Below are positions 1 to 12,442 of a stretch of 64,000 nt of DNA, one piece after another. The DNA lies in contig OX597816.1 in the NCBI GenBank assembly GCA_951406725.2, forward strand, positions 2,418,001-2,482,000, in the 5' to 3' direction. The notes beneath the pieces were generated by a model. The model was not told where the DNA came from and ran no database searches. It worked only from the letters and a program-made list of their open reading frames with translations. The translations under genes and the position numbers were made by a program. This stretch comes from Octopus vulgaris (Eukaryota). Numbering within the stretch: the first letter of the stretch is position 1; each line of letters begins with the position of its first letter.

Positions 1-154
1 GAAAGAAACCTGGCTGTTTCTTGCAATACATAACCAATACATCTAAAGCAACATTTTTTTAGGGTCCCTTAAAATACTATTGTGGATCTTCCAATTTACT
101 ATTTTGTTACATGGACCCCCAAAATCTTATATGGACCCCATTTGAGAACCACTG
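1..154. mobile_element. Right end of a non-autonomous hAT (Charlie/Buster-like) DNA transposon, truncated by the window start
   Basis: Ends in TTGAGAACCACTG (reverse complement of the CAGTGGTTCTCAA-type TIR), immediately followed by CTCTAGA, the typical Charlie target sequence. Confidence 0.6.
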
Positions 155-214
155 CTCTAGATCAACAAATGCCAAATCTAAAGGTTTATTCTTGCTAAGT
201 ATTCCTCTTGCAGT

Positions 215-1335
215 TACCTGACCATGAAAAAAGCATCCACAGTGCTTCTCCCTGGAGCGAAACCAAACTGTATTTCGTCTCGCCTAATTCTGCTTCTAAT
301 TGATTGGGCTATAACTCTCTCTGTAATTTTCTTCACCTGGCCCAGGAGTTTGATACCTCTATAATTGCTTCTGTCCAAGGCATCTCCCTTTCCATTGTAG
401 CAGCTAACAATAATGCTGCTACACCAGTCATTGGGTATTATGCCTTCCTAAATAATCTGATTAACCATGCAGGTGACTAGATATGGTTCCAATGAAATTG
501 ACTTTGCCTTTTATCCTTTTAGGATCAATAAAATAAGTACCAGTTGAAAACTGGGGGTCAGTGTAATTGAATAACCCCAGCCCCAACCAGATATTTTGAA
601 CATCTCAACAGCGACCCCAGATGGACCAGGTGCTTTCCCTGTTTTCGTATCTTTAATACTGCTGTCCATTAGGATAGCTGGTCCCTCTGTTGGGTTCACA
701 TTAGGAAGACTCCCTTTATCCCATTCATTCTCTACATTCAATAGCCTTGCTTAATAACTCTTCCATGTCCCTTTCTTGTCTGAATCACTAAGTGCAAACA
801 TACCATCATCCATCCATACGCACTTCTCTCCCACACTATCATGATTCTCTCTGACATACTGCCTAGCAATCTGGAATCCTCCAAATCCATGATCTTCGTG
901 CTGTAGGATATTGGAAAACCTCTTCCTTTCTGCTTCTGCCCTAGTTTAGTAAAGCTGACATCTAGCTTCCCTCTTAGGCTTTTGATATGATTCTTTGCTG
1001 TCCTATCTTTTCCATTCCTTCCACACCCATCCCTTCATTTTTATGGCCCTGTCTATGTCACTGTTCCACCACCATGTCACCCTTGGTCTGGCGGAGGCTT
1101 TGTTCCAGCCACAGATTTGGACTGTCTCTCTCAGTAGATAGTCCTATAAGAGCATCCAGTTGACTTCTACATCTTCTGTCTCTATCTCTTCCTCCTTCTC
1201 ATCAAAGGCTTCATTAAGAACATCTCTAAACCTCTGCCCATTTGAAGGATCTTTGAGCTTCCACTACCTCTTTTTCCATATTGTCTGGCCCTAAGTCTGA
1301 GGTCACTAACCACTAGCCTATGTTGAGTTGTACAT
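215..1335 (-). mobile_element. Degenerate RTE-clade LINE ORF fragment (region leading into RT)
   Basis: Minus-strand translation gives GKAPGPSGVAVEMFK and later KLLGQVKKITERVIAQSIRSRIRRDEIQFGFAPGRSTVDAFF, typical RTE RT N-terminal motifs, with stops and frameshifts. Confidence 0.8.
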
Positions 1336-1436
1336 TTTTTTAATTATAATAATAATAATAATAATAATAATTAATAATAATGATGAATAATAATAATTAT
1401 TATTTTTACTATTATTATTATTATTATTATTATTAT

Positions 1437-1625
1437 TGGAGCAATAATATCACATGGAACAGTCAGCCAGCAAAAGCAGACATCCAAATGCTCTGGAAAG
1501 CTGCTCTCTTTGGAACAGCTCATAATCTTAAAAATGGTACTTTCTGTCTAAGACCTTTTGTTAAGGCTTGACACTTGATCTGCAGGAGATAAAACACAAC
1601 AACTATTTCACAGCCATATTGTACA
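1437..1625 (+). mobile_element. Short 3' remnant of an RLE-type (R4/Dong-like) LINE
   Basis: WKAALFGTAHNL resembles the terminal QKIALLGTAHIL motif of the adjacent element; embedded in (TAA)n. Confidence 0.5.
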
Positions 1626-1654
1626 ATGAATAATAATAATAATAATAATAATGA

Positions 1655-2542
1655 TAAAAAACTAGAACAGCAACCGACCGTGATAAAACAATGGCAAGAA
1701 AAGCCCCTTCATGGCAAATACTGGACTAAACTAAATGCAAAAGAAATAGACAAAGAAAAGTCCCAGCAATGGTTGAGAAGCTCAGGACTCAAGGCAGAGA
1801 CAGAGGGATTTTTAATTGCAGCACAAGACTAAAGCCTCCCCACCAGAAATTACCAAAAACATGTAATGAAAAGAAATATTACAAGTAACTGCAGAATATG
1901 TGGAGATGGACAAGAAACAATAAATCATATTATCTCTGACTGCCCAGTCCTGGCTAAGAAGGAATATATTCACAGACATGACAGAGTTGGAACCTACATA
2001 CATTGGAAGCTATGCCAACATTATGGAATAACAGAAAAAAGATGGTATAGGCACACACCAGAAAAGGTCACAGAAAACGAGAAAGCAACCATACTCTGGG
2101 ATATGCCGATACACACAGACAGAGAAATTAAGGCCAACAGACCAGATATAGTTGTCAGAAACCATGAAGAAAAAAATGCTTTCTAATTGATGTATCAATA
2201 CTGGCAGATGACAACGTGTCTCTAAAAGAAATGGAGAAACTCTCAAAATACAAAGACCTGGAAATAGAGGTAACTAGAATGTGGAATCTGAAAACAGAAA
2301 CAATTCCTATCATAGTAGGTGCATTAGGCATGATAAAAAAATATTCAGACAAATACATAACAAAAACACCAGGACTTACAAACACATATAACATACAGAA
2401 AATTGCACTACTAGGCACTGCAGACATCCTACGCAAAACACTTTCAATACAGTAACCATCAGAGCATCACAGCACATACCCAAGGCACACAGAGCTGTGC
2501 TTGGTAGTGAAGTGAAAACATGTTATAAAAATAAAACTACTG
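1655..2542 (+). mobile_element. 5'-truncated R4/Dong-like non-LTR retrotransposon (CCHC zinc knuckle plus restriction-like endonuclease) inserted in (TAA)n
   Basis: ORFs 1626-1832, 1866-2186 and 2216-2455 give LKAETEGFLIAAQD, CRICG..ETINHIISDC..RHDRV, RPDIVV and KLSKYKDL..QKIALLGTADIL. One in-frame stop and frameshifting are present; both ends abut (AAT)n. Confidence 0.88.
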
Positions 2543-2596
2543 AATAATAATAATAATAATAATAACAATAATAATAACAACAACAACAACAATAAT

Positions 2597-2995
2597 AATG
2601 ATAATAAATTTTCTACAATAGTCACAAGGCTCGAAATTTTGGGGCTGGGTTAGTCAATTACACTGACCCCCACTTCTCAACTGGTACTTATTTTATTGAT
2701 CCTAAAAGGATGAAAGGCAAAGTCAGTTTCATTGGAACAATTTGCCTTTCAGCAGAAGATAAAATTCAACGATTTTATAGCCATACTGCACAATGAAATA
2801 ACAACAACAACAGCAACAACAGCAATAATAATAATCCTTTATACTAAGAGCACAAGGCCTGAAATTTTGTGGGAGGGGGTGAGTTGATTACATCACCCCC
2901 ATTAAGAATGGAAGGCAAAGTCGGCCTCAGCAGAATTTGAACTCAGAATGTGGAGAGCCAGAAGAAATATCATAAAATGTATTTTGTGATATTGT
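2597..2995 (-). mobile_element. Two degenerate tRNA-derived SINE (family A) fragments
   Basis: Reverse complement of the family A central block (CTGGTACTTATTTTATTGATCC..AAAGGATGAAAGGCAAAGTC) and tail (CACAAGGCCTGAAATTT). Confidence 0.7.
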
Positions 2996-3589
2996 AATAA
3001 TTCTTGCACATAATTAGAAAAAAACAGTATAGGCCTGGTATCTTTGACAAAGGTTTCTCAACTATTATAAAATGACTGGGGAAATACCTGAAACAATAAT
3101 CCTGAAACTTAGCAGTGCACACTCACTGGTCAGATTTTGGCTAATCAGCAGAGTCTAAGCATAAAATGTACGATTGATAGGATGTACGACATGAAGAAAT
3201 ACTCCTGAAATGATTAAAAGTCTTACTGTTAGAATTGGTTAGAATGTGAGGCATTGGTAGCACAGTTGGATCAATTGGGAAAAAAAGTTCTGTGAGTGAG
3301 GATAAAAAGTCACTGGATTTCTTGCAGAATACACCTGTTAATAGGATACCCTTCCCAATGATCTTCCTAACAGGGTACCCTTCTATTAACTAACAGCAAA
3401 ATACAGCTCTCAGTGTAAGAACCCACATCCATAGAAAGGGGATTTTCATCGGGGGGGGGGGGGGTAATTAAAAAGAAAACAACAAATAAACTGAAATAAA
3501 GAACAGGTCTTTAGAAATTAGCAGAAATCCCGCAGAGCCGTGTATGGATACATACAAGCAGTTGGATGCACAGGAAAAAGAAACATATG

Positions 3590-4322
3590 TAATTACACGG
3601 TTCTGTACTGTGGGGTCATAGCCAACACCCCAGGTTCACTCAATATGGCATGGTATGAAAAATATAGAATATACTCGTATAAACTGCAGAATACGTGGAG
3701 ATGGCGATGAAACAATTAACTGCATCTTCTCTGATTTGCCAGTCTTTGCCAAGTAAGAAGCCATCAACAAGTACGGAACTTCTAAACACTGGAGGTTATA
3801 AAATCATTATGAAACACCAACAGAAAAATGGTTGTGTAGATGTATACTGAAAAAGGTCTCCAAGAATGGCAAAGCACAACCATACTCTGGGATATGCCAA
3901 TACACATAGACAAGGAGATCAAGGTTAATTGACTGAACATTGTTGTTAACGATCACCAGGAAAAGAAATTTCTAGTAATTGATATATCAGTCCCAACAGA
4001 TGATAATCCAGAGCTTAAAGAAATGGGGAAATCACGAAGATCTGGGATTAGAGATAAACTAAAATGTGGGACCTGGAAACAAAAGCAATTTCTATAAAAG
4101 ATGCTTTGGAAATGGTTTAAAAACAAGAGAGAAATACATGAAGGAAACCCCCAGGACTTAAAGATATGCAAAACATACAGGAAATAGCATAGGGTAAGCA
4201 CTGCACCACACACTACATTGGGTACTTTGGCAAGAGTAAAACTAACAAAGTCAAACTAAAACCCTGCGCATACACAAGGGACTCAGTGGAAGGGCACCAC
4301 AAAACATAAAAATGCGACTGAA
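3590..4322 (+). mobile_element. Older, heavily decayed copy of the R4/Dong-like LINE 3' region
   Basis: Colinear similarity to 1880-2540, e.g. AACTGCAGAATACGTGGAGATGG and AACCATACTCTGGGATATGCC; ends ACTGAATAATAAT. Confidence 0.8.
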
Positions 4323-4828
4323 TAATAATTGTTGCTTTAATGTTTGTTAGTTTTGACATTCACTGAGTTGACTCTGGCAGTAAATCTATTGTGACTCTAC
4401 AATGAGTCTTTGATTAAGATTTTGTAGAGATTGAATTCTGTAAAGTAGCAAAGTGAGTTTGCAATACAGGTTGTTTTCTTTCCAGAATCTACCATTTCAG
4501 TTCTTCTATTTGGCATACTGGCAGTTTCTGGCCCAAGTCATGTAGGTTAATAAGACTGGCTTCCTTTGCTTCACTTTTGCATTGACGTGCTTCATAAGGA
4601 CAGTTTTTGATGTTACCCCATTGATCTTTTTAAGAACAATAAGAAACCTTTTATAGTTTACTGTGACACAGCAAATCAACATTTTATAACCTGTCTTTAG
4701 AGCTGTGTGCCTTTAGCCCAACACTGAACCCTTGCTTGTCTTTTGCTCTACCATCCTATCTGCGAAGTATATCTCACTGTTATAAACAGTGAAATATTTA
4801 TGACAGTTTATTTGTTTCCGCCTCGAAT

Positions 4829-5046
4829 GCCAGCGCCGCCTCGACTGGCTTCTGTGCCGGTGGCACATAAAAAGCACCCACTACACTCGCTGAGTGGTTG
4901 GTGTTAGGAAGGGCATCCAGCTGTAGAAACACTGCCAGATCAGACTGGAGCCTGGTGCTGCCCCTGGCTTCCCAGACCCCGGTTGAACCATCCAACCCAT
5001 GCTAGCGCGGAAAACGGACTTTAAATGATGATGATGATGATGATGA
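4829..5046 (+). mobile_element. RTE 3'-UTR-derived short repeat ending in (GAT)n
   Basis: GGCACATAAAAAGCACCCACTACAC...GGAAGGGCATCCAGCTGTAGAAAC...CCAACCCATGCTAGC...(GAT)n. The same sequence is contiguous with the RTE ORF end at 62.8-63.4 kb. Confidence 0.85.
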
Positions 5047-5521
5047 CTCCAGCCCTTCAAGGATTATAGCTTAAAGACAGCTGGTATTCACCTCACTCAT
5101 TTCAGGACCCCACCTTCAAATTGGTCCTTAATTGTATGCTTCATAAGAAATGACCTAAGACTTATAGAACTCACTTCATTTATGTTCTGCAAATGTTTGC
5201 AATTCTCCAGACTTTATACAAAACAATTGTTGAATCCTTAAGGTAAAAGAAACTCTATGGAACAAACTGGAAGTTTTTCTCTCTCTCTCTCTCTCCCTCT
5301 CCTTCCCTCCTTTCATTTACAGTAAAATATTTATCTATTTTTCCCCCTGCTCTCCTAAGTATTTAGTCTCATTACATTTCCCTGTTGTTTATTCCTTTCT
5401 TAACCATTCCTTCATATCTTTTGTGAGCCGCATCCCCTTGCCTTCTCCTTGGTCTGCTTGTTATCTCCTATTATCTAATATTATAATTACACTACTATTG
5501 TTGTTGTTGTTGTTAATAATA

Positions 5522-5738
5522 AGGCTGCAAGCTGGCAGAGTCATTAGCACACTGCGCAAAATGCTTAGGGTATTTTGTCCATCTTTACATTCTGAGTTCA
5601 AATTCCATTGGGGTCACCTTTGCCTTTCATGCTTTTGGGGTCAATAAATTAAGTACCAGTGAAACACTGGAGGTCAATGTCATTGACTAGTCCACCCACC
5701 ACAAATTTTCAGACCTTGTGCCTTTAGTAGAAAGTGTG

Positions 5739-5779
<41 letters not shown>

Positions 5780-5980
5780 GGTGGTGAGCTGGCAAAATCG
5801 TTAGCAGTATTTCATCTGTCTTCACATTCTGAGTTCAAATTCTGCCAAGGTTGACTTTGCCTGTCATCCTTTCGGGGGTTGATAAAATAAGTACCAGTCA
5901 AATACTGGGGTCGATGTAATCGACTACCCGCCCCCCCCCCCCCCCCCCAAATTCTAAGCCTTGTGCCTTTAGTAGAAAGG
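5522..5980 (+). mobile_element. Two tandem tRNA-derived SINEs (family A, short-tail form) in (TTA)n
   Basis: Heads GGYGGYGAGCTGGCAGA, B-box GAGTTCAAATT, central CCTTTCATCCTTTCGGGG.TGATAAAATAAGTACCAG, tail CCTTGTGCCTTTAGTAGAAAG. Confidence 0.85.
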
Positions 5981-6007
5981 ATTATTATTATCATTATTGC
6001 TACTAAG

Positions 6008-6437
6008 GTAAAAAGACCCCCTTTGGTCATGAATGACTATGGAATTGCACCTAGAAAGTTACCCTCCGAAGCACAAGTCCAGGCAAGGTTGTTTAAGGCA
6101 GACTAGCGATGACCCATGCATACCAGCCTCCCCTCTCATGAGGCTAGTGAGTTCAATTCCCAGGCCAGGCTGTGTGTTGTGTCCTTGAGCAAGACACTTT
6201 ATATCACATTGCTCCAGTTCACTCATCTGTAGAAATGAGTTGCAACATCACTGGTTCCAAGCTGTATCGGCCCCTTTGCCTTTCCCTTGGATAACATCGG
6301 TGGCATGGAGAGGGGAGTCTGCTATGCATGGGCAACTGGCTGGCCTTCAATAAAACAACTTGTCCAGACTTGTGCCTCAAAGGGGAACTTTCTAGGTGCA
6401 ATCCCATGGTCCTTCATGACTGAAGGGGATCTTTACT
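6008..6437. mobile_element. SINE family C copy (+, about 6140-6437) preceded by an inverted copy of its own tail (about 6008-6138)
   Basis: GAGTTCAATTCC..TGTGTCCTTGAGCAAGACACTTT head/core; TTGCACCTAGAAAGTT (about 6046) is the reverse complement of AACTTTCTAGGTGCAA (about 6386). Confidence 0.75.
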
Positions 6438-9400
6438 CTTACTACTACTACTACTACTACTACTACACCTTGGTATACACAATTATCATTACATAGTCTT
6501 AACCAGGGCAAACAATTTCTCCTCTTCTTCTTCTTGCAAGATAATAAAACAAGGAAGATGATAAACAATAAAGAAAAGTAGAATTTTCCTTCTTTTTCTT
6601 TTCCTTTTTTTGTGGCCGGTCTTCATTGCTTGATGGTTTGTCATCCTGATGAGTAAATGTAATGACACCAACAAATGTTTTGACAGCAACAGATGTGATG
6701 ATTATCCAAATAGAAGTACTAGGATGGTTCTTTATTTCCTGTCTCTAAAATGCTTTGGGTACAACATCCTGATTCTGGATAGCTCACTTCAGGAACTCAA
6801 TACGTAATTTAGTGGCTGATATAATATAGCTAATGGGTCTAGAGTTTAGGTTTTGACTAAGGCATTGAGTCATTTGTTGATACTCAATATATTTTTTCTC
6901 TTTACATATTGTATTACACGCGTGTGTGTGTGTGTGTGTTTGTATGTGGATGTGAAGTTGTGAAGTGCATTGCAGTGATACATGAATTCTTGCAGATTTT
7001 CAATGAGTATGATATGTTCTTGTGGAATGTGTAACCCGAGACAATAAAATCATTTCTGATCCTATTAAATTAAAACAGTTTTAGCATCATAATAATAATC
7101 ATTTTTTTTTTTTTCTTCTTCTCTCTTAAAAATAAGCAATTTGAGAGCATAGTGTTTAGGAGTTTGAATTTAACTTTCAAATGTTTTGACTGTAATTCAT
7201 AGTTAATTTGACTCCCTGTAGGGTTTTTGAGCACATTAAGATCTTAGAAGGACCCTTTCCATTATTAGAAGTTTGATCCTTATTGTAAGTTTGAACCTGC
7301 CTAATAAGTTATCTCTGAAAGTTCTATGATGAATAATGAAACCATTGTCCCTTGAGAAAACTTGTCTGTGAACAAACCAACATGTTAAACTGTTCTGGAA
7401 TGTTTGATTGCTGAGAAGTAATTTAAAATGAAAAGCTTTATTTGTTGACATTAATAAATTATAAAGCTTCAGTACCTCAGCTGACTAAATCAGTTTGGTA
7501 GTTCAGGAATATAGAATATTTATGATTTGGTCATGAATGATGGCCAGTCTGGCTGTCAGAGCTTTTGTTGACTCTGGACTAATATCAGAGAAGCATGACA
7601 ATTAACACTGCAATCATTAATAACAGAACATTTTTTTAGGTTCTTTTTCATTGTTATTTTTTTTATTCTTCTTTCTCACCTCCAATGCACCATCCTCTGT
7701 TGGTTTTTTTTTTTTTTTTTTGAGGAAGGTTGCCAAGTTAACTATCCTATACCAGTATTATGGCAGCAAACAGGTTTTTTCCCCCCAAATACTGAAGTAG
7801 ATGATCTCAGCATATATGCATGTGTCAGAATTTGCCAAAAACTTTCAAGTTATTAAAGTATGGATGAGAATAAAAATAAAAGTCTTCAACATAATATTCT
7901 GCATGACAACATTAAAACCAACCTCCAGACAGATTTCTACTTTCCGTTTTCTTTTTTCTTTTTTTTTTACTCTAAACCATTGAGTTCATAAATGTAGAAA
8001 AGACATGGTTCTTCTGTGAAACAATTGTTTTGTTTTTTTCTTATGTAATTTATAGAAATTACTATCAATTTAACTAACTTATACCATTTTCATAATTGAT
8101 ATATTCTGTACTTGAAAATGAGTTCTATAATTAGGACTCATTTAGGAATAGTTATCCCTAATTAATTTCTGTTTCATATGGGGTTCACCGTTCCTGTTTG
8201 GAACCCAACCACTTCAAGCATATTGCCCCTCTAAGGCCAACATCAAGTTGGTTTTGTGACATTTTGCAACTTTTTCTAAACCATGACAATCTCTGTAATT
8301 ATCCATCTCATTAGCCATTATTAAATTAATCTTAATTTGAAATACCATACTCAATTTTCTTCCCTCCAACCTATATATAATCGCCCCCCACCACCACCAC
8401 CACCATTTGCCACAAACAAACGAAGACCCTTGTTCATTCCCTTCTAATTTCTCTGTGTTTTTTTTCTATATACATGTTTCTTGCCTCTAATCTCCAGATT
8501 TTTTTATTGTCTTTTAGATGACCTGAATTTGGTTTATGTCTTATTTGTAACAGATTATCTTCATTTTGTTCCAATTTCTTCTGGCTGTATATAACACTAG
8601 TGCACTTGTAATACTAACCCCAGAGATATTTATTTGCAGTCAGCAAAGAGAACATTGAGTGTTGGCATTATGATTTAGGCTTTAGACAATCATTGATCTC
8701 TCCACCAGCACCGATTAAGTCACCTTAGTAACCAAACTGTATTACTATTTCATATTTGTACATAGATTAACAGCTTTATTACACTAGGAGGCTTAGTTCA
8801 CTCATAGTCTGTTCAACTGTTAAAGCTAAATATTTATTGTTATTATTATTATTGTTATTATTATTATTATTATCATTATTGTTATTGTTGTTATTATTAT
8901 TATTATTATTATTATTCAAGTGATCTAGTTATTAGAAGCTCTGATTAACTGTTAAAGGCATCTTAGTGTAGGAAATTTCTTGTTAGATAAACATCGAATG
9001 CTACAAATTGTGTTTGGTTAGTACAATGGATTTAAACTGATGAATGAAGCATTTGATGGTGGGGAGTGTCACAAACTTTGTCTGCCTCGTTTTTAATGGT
9101 GATGTGAACGGCTCTGTTGTTTGCACAGCAATATTTTGTGCCATTATGCAACAGCTAGTTTGATACAAGCTAATGAGAGAGCCTCTACAGGGTGGTTTGA
9201 CCTGCTAAAATAGCAACGAAATTTCCCCGCTAATCATTCTCTATTGTCGTTATAAAAAGAGAAACAGGATACATTGGATAATTATGCAGACAGAGATAAA
9301 ATGTATGAGCAAACAATGGGACGGCCATAGCTAGAACAATGCATTTCATCCTGGGTCTGCTTCATCATTGCGGAATTGGGACTCAATAGCAACATTTTGC

Positions 9401-9480
9401 TTTCACATCTTTAGCTAATACTTCGGGGGTTTTTTCCCTCTACTTGTTTCTCAAAGTTGTTTACAGTTGTCAGGGCTTAG

Positions 9481-9511
<31 letters not shown>

Positions 9512-9581
9512 TATGTCCTTAATGTTTTTCTTTACCCTTTGTATATTTAATAAAGAAATCATCATCATCATATTATTATTA

Positions 9582-10005
9582 AGGTGACGAGCTGGCAGAA
9601 TTGTTAGCACACCAGGCAAAATGTTTACCAGTATTTTGTCCACCTTTACATACTAAGTTGAAATTCTACCAAGATCAACTTTCACCCTTTCAGGGTCACT
9701 AAATTAAATACCAGGGAAACACCGGGGTTGATGTAATCGACTTACCCTCTCCCCCAAAATTTCAGGCCTTGTGCCTATAGTAGAAAGGACTACTACTACT
9801 ACAGCGGTGAGCTAGCAAAACCATTTAGTATATTGAGCAAAATGCTTTGCAGCATTCCTCACATCTTTTTACATTTTGACTTCAGATTCCGCAGATTCGT
9901 CTTTTTAGAATTGATAAAATAAAGTAGTGATTGAGCACTTGAGTCAATGTTATTCACTCACCCTCTCCTATTAAAACTGCTGGACTTGTCCCAAAATTGG
10001 AACCA
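9582..10005 (+). mobile_element. Two degenerate family A SINEs
   Basis: GGTGACGAGCTGGCAGAA and GCGGTGAGCTAGCAAAA heads; tail CCTTGTGCCTATAGTAGAAAGG. Confidence 0.75.
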
Positions 10006-10634
10006 TTAATAATATGGTTATTATCATTATTATTATTATTATTGCTCCCTTTTGGAGCCTGTTCTTTAGTTGCTTTGTGATTGAACATGGTTAGAATTTA
10101 TAGCCGGAAGCGGATACTTTCTGGCATTCAATACTATTGAATCTTGGCCAAATAACGAACATGATTTTCTACGGGTGTCCTGTCATGAATTTCTGGTGTT
10201 GTATTACCAGCTTCGAATTACATTTTAAGCTTTCATATTAGCCTTATTTTATTTTATTTTATTTGAACTTGCATCATAATATATTTCCTCTCTGTTCCAT
10301 GGTTTAGCAATATAATTGATTGATTGCTGCTGCAACAGACAAATAAAAAAAAATATCTATTGATAATTGATGGGCCAGACATTTTTGTTTTGTTTTAGGA
10401 GTATATTACAATTTGCTGATAGAATTGTTGTTGTTATTGTTATTACAACGAACTTTTATTAACCTATGATTTGGGCAGCTAAATTTTGCAATGTTCCTTT
10501 ATTTCAATTGTAATGACTAAGCATTCTAACGTTAAGGCTCTTTCAATTATGCTGTTGTTTCTTATGCCACAAATTGTTTTTCTTTGAGTTAATTCTCTTT
10601 TAATACAATCTTTTTCTTTCTTTATCTTTTATAG

Positions 10635-11952
10635 CGATTTGATCGTCAAGATTCTCTGTCGTCCCACAGCAGCTCCAGTCATGAATATCATATTAATGGG
10701 GAGCAGCGCCTCCGCCGTAGAGGTAGCCAACCCACCCAGTCTACCCAGCAATTGGACAGATCTCAGGATCTTGCCATCCAAGGAAGACTGGTACGTCGAG
10801 ATTCTTTCGAAAGGTCTGCATCCCTGCGGCTACGAGACTCTCCTCGTATCCAGAGGGCCCATATTTCTCAAAAGAACATGGACAGCTGTGGGACACAGAC
10901 GCCAATGCAGACAAGACATGGAAGTTACCGCTGGCACGACAGTCCAAGCAAGATAGATAATCATTCTTTTCATGGTCGACAAGGAAGTTATGGAGAACAA
11001 GGAGGGAACTATCGAACCGATATTTACTGTGCCAGCCCTCTCCAAACTAAATCAGAAATCTACGGCTCAGAAACTATTATTGGAACCGATCGAAGTATTT
11101 ATGGAGGAGATTATTCCTCTGGCAAAGAAGAATTTATTGCATTTAGTCAAGATATAGTAAACCAACAAGGTGATATTAGCCCAATTCCCCACAAGCCCAA
11201 ACCGAGATCATTTCCTCGTACCAATCCAGCTTATGTAGGTGTACCTCGAAGAGATGGACAGACTTCTTACAAGAAAATTAACGTTGACCAATCTGCCCCA
11301 GCTTACGATATCCCTTATCAACCAGAACAAATCGTGATGACTCTTCAAAGTTCACAAAGTGGTAACACATACAGTGACCCGTATGGATATAATCGTCACG
11401 ATAGATCAGATAGTGATACATCCCACTCATCTCACCGAGGTGGTTACCTCCACGAGCGTACTGACAGCCAGGCTTCCCATTCGTCGAGGAACCGTGATCT
11501 GTCAGATAGCCAATCCTCCCAAGGGTCTCTGCGCAACATGTCCGACACTCACTCTTCCCAAGGGTCACTACGCAATATGCAAGACAGTGCCGTGTCCGTA
11601 CAGGATAGCATTTCATCGAAGGGTTCATTTCAGAGTACTGACCAGGATTACGCATGTATCCATGAACGGTCCAACAATCAAATGTCTCTCCGCTCATTGC
11701 TTCAGTCAGAGCCAGAGTACGCAAATCTACCGTTCAGTCCTCAGAAATCTGATTCCTCTTTAATCACATTATCATATGACCAAAATAACTTTAAAAATAT
11801 TTTAAAATCCAAAAAGAGCAGTGGAAGTGATTTTAATGAGGTTTGCTTGGACAATCGTGCTGGGAGTATACTCCAAGACTATACTTACCAACAGTGCTTA
11901 CCAGGCAGCCATCGATCTCTAATTACACATAATTCAAGTTACCACTCTGAAA
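10635..11952 (+). CDS. ARHGAP39: Large internal coding exon (1318 nt, phase 0 to phase 1) of the host gene, probably ARHGAP39/vilse; Ser/Arg/Asp-rich disordered region
   Basis: A long polypyrimidine tract and ATAG acceptor end at 10634. The frame is open (RFDRQDSLSSHSSSSHEY...SSYHSE), includes the 402-aa ORF, and GC/CpG is higher than in the flanks. Donor GTAAGT is at 11953. The symbol is inferred from the linked downstream exon only. Confidence 0.88.
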
Positions 11953-12086
11953 GTAAGTAATTCCTTTTGCCATTTTCCATTTTCTTCTTCTGAACTTCCT
12001 TTCTCTGATGCATTAAAATGGCTGTGTACTATCATTTCTTTCCAGCCAATGTAATTACTTAAGTTTATTTATGAACTGCCCCATTG

Positions 12087-12345
12087 TATCTTTTTTTAGC
12101 CATTTTGATTCCAGCTTGCATGAGATCACCCCTGTTTCTTTGAGACAAGTGTCTTGTTTTAAAGGGATCTAATTTAAAGCCATCAAAATTTCATGTTAAT
12201 TTATTTTCAAAACACCAGCTTAATAATGACAAAATTTATTTTACTAAATTCCTCATCGCTTCCAAAACTAATTGAAACAAAGGCAGTGGATTTCAACAGA
12301 AAAATGGTAACAAATGGATTGAGTTTTATGCAGTATTTAATTGGC
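12087..12345 (+). mobile_element. Degenerate copy of the piggyBac-like MITE family
   Basis: Shares AAATTTCATGTTAATTTATT..CACCAGCTTAATAATGACAAAA..TTTTACTAAATT with 15231-15448; termini eroded. Confidence 0.55.
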
Positions 12346-12442
12346 CTTACAATAGACATTTTAGTTTCCCATGTTAATGTATTTTGTTCCAGTCGAAATG
12401 AATGTTACGATGAGCTCTAAATGACAGGAAACATAGGAGAAT

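Noticed and set aside
6645-6680. Other CTGATGA heptamers (about 6646, 9037, 26643, 33382, 54892) as hammerheads
   Set aside because: No downstream stem II plus GAAA and no closing stem I.
10639-11763. Overlapping ORFs 10639-10956, 11278-11724 (-) and 11359-11763
   Set aside because: Shadow frames of the real GC-richer exon; only the 10635 frame has matching splice sites.
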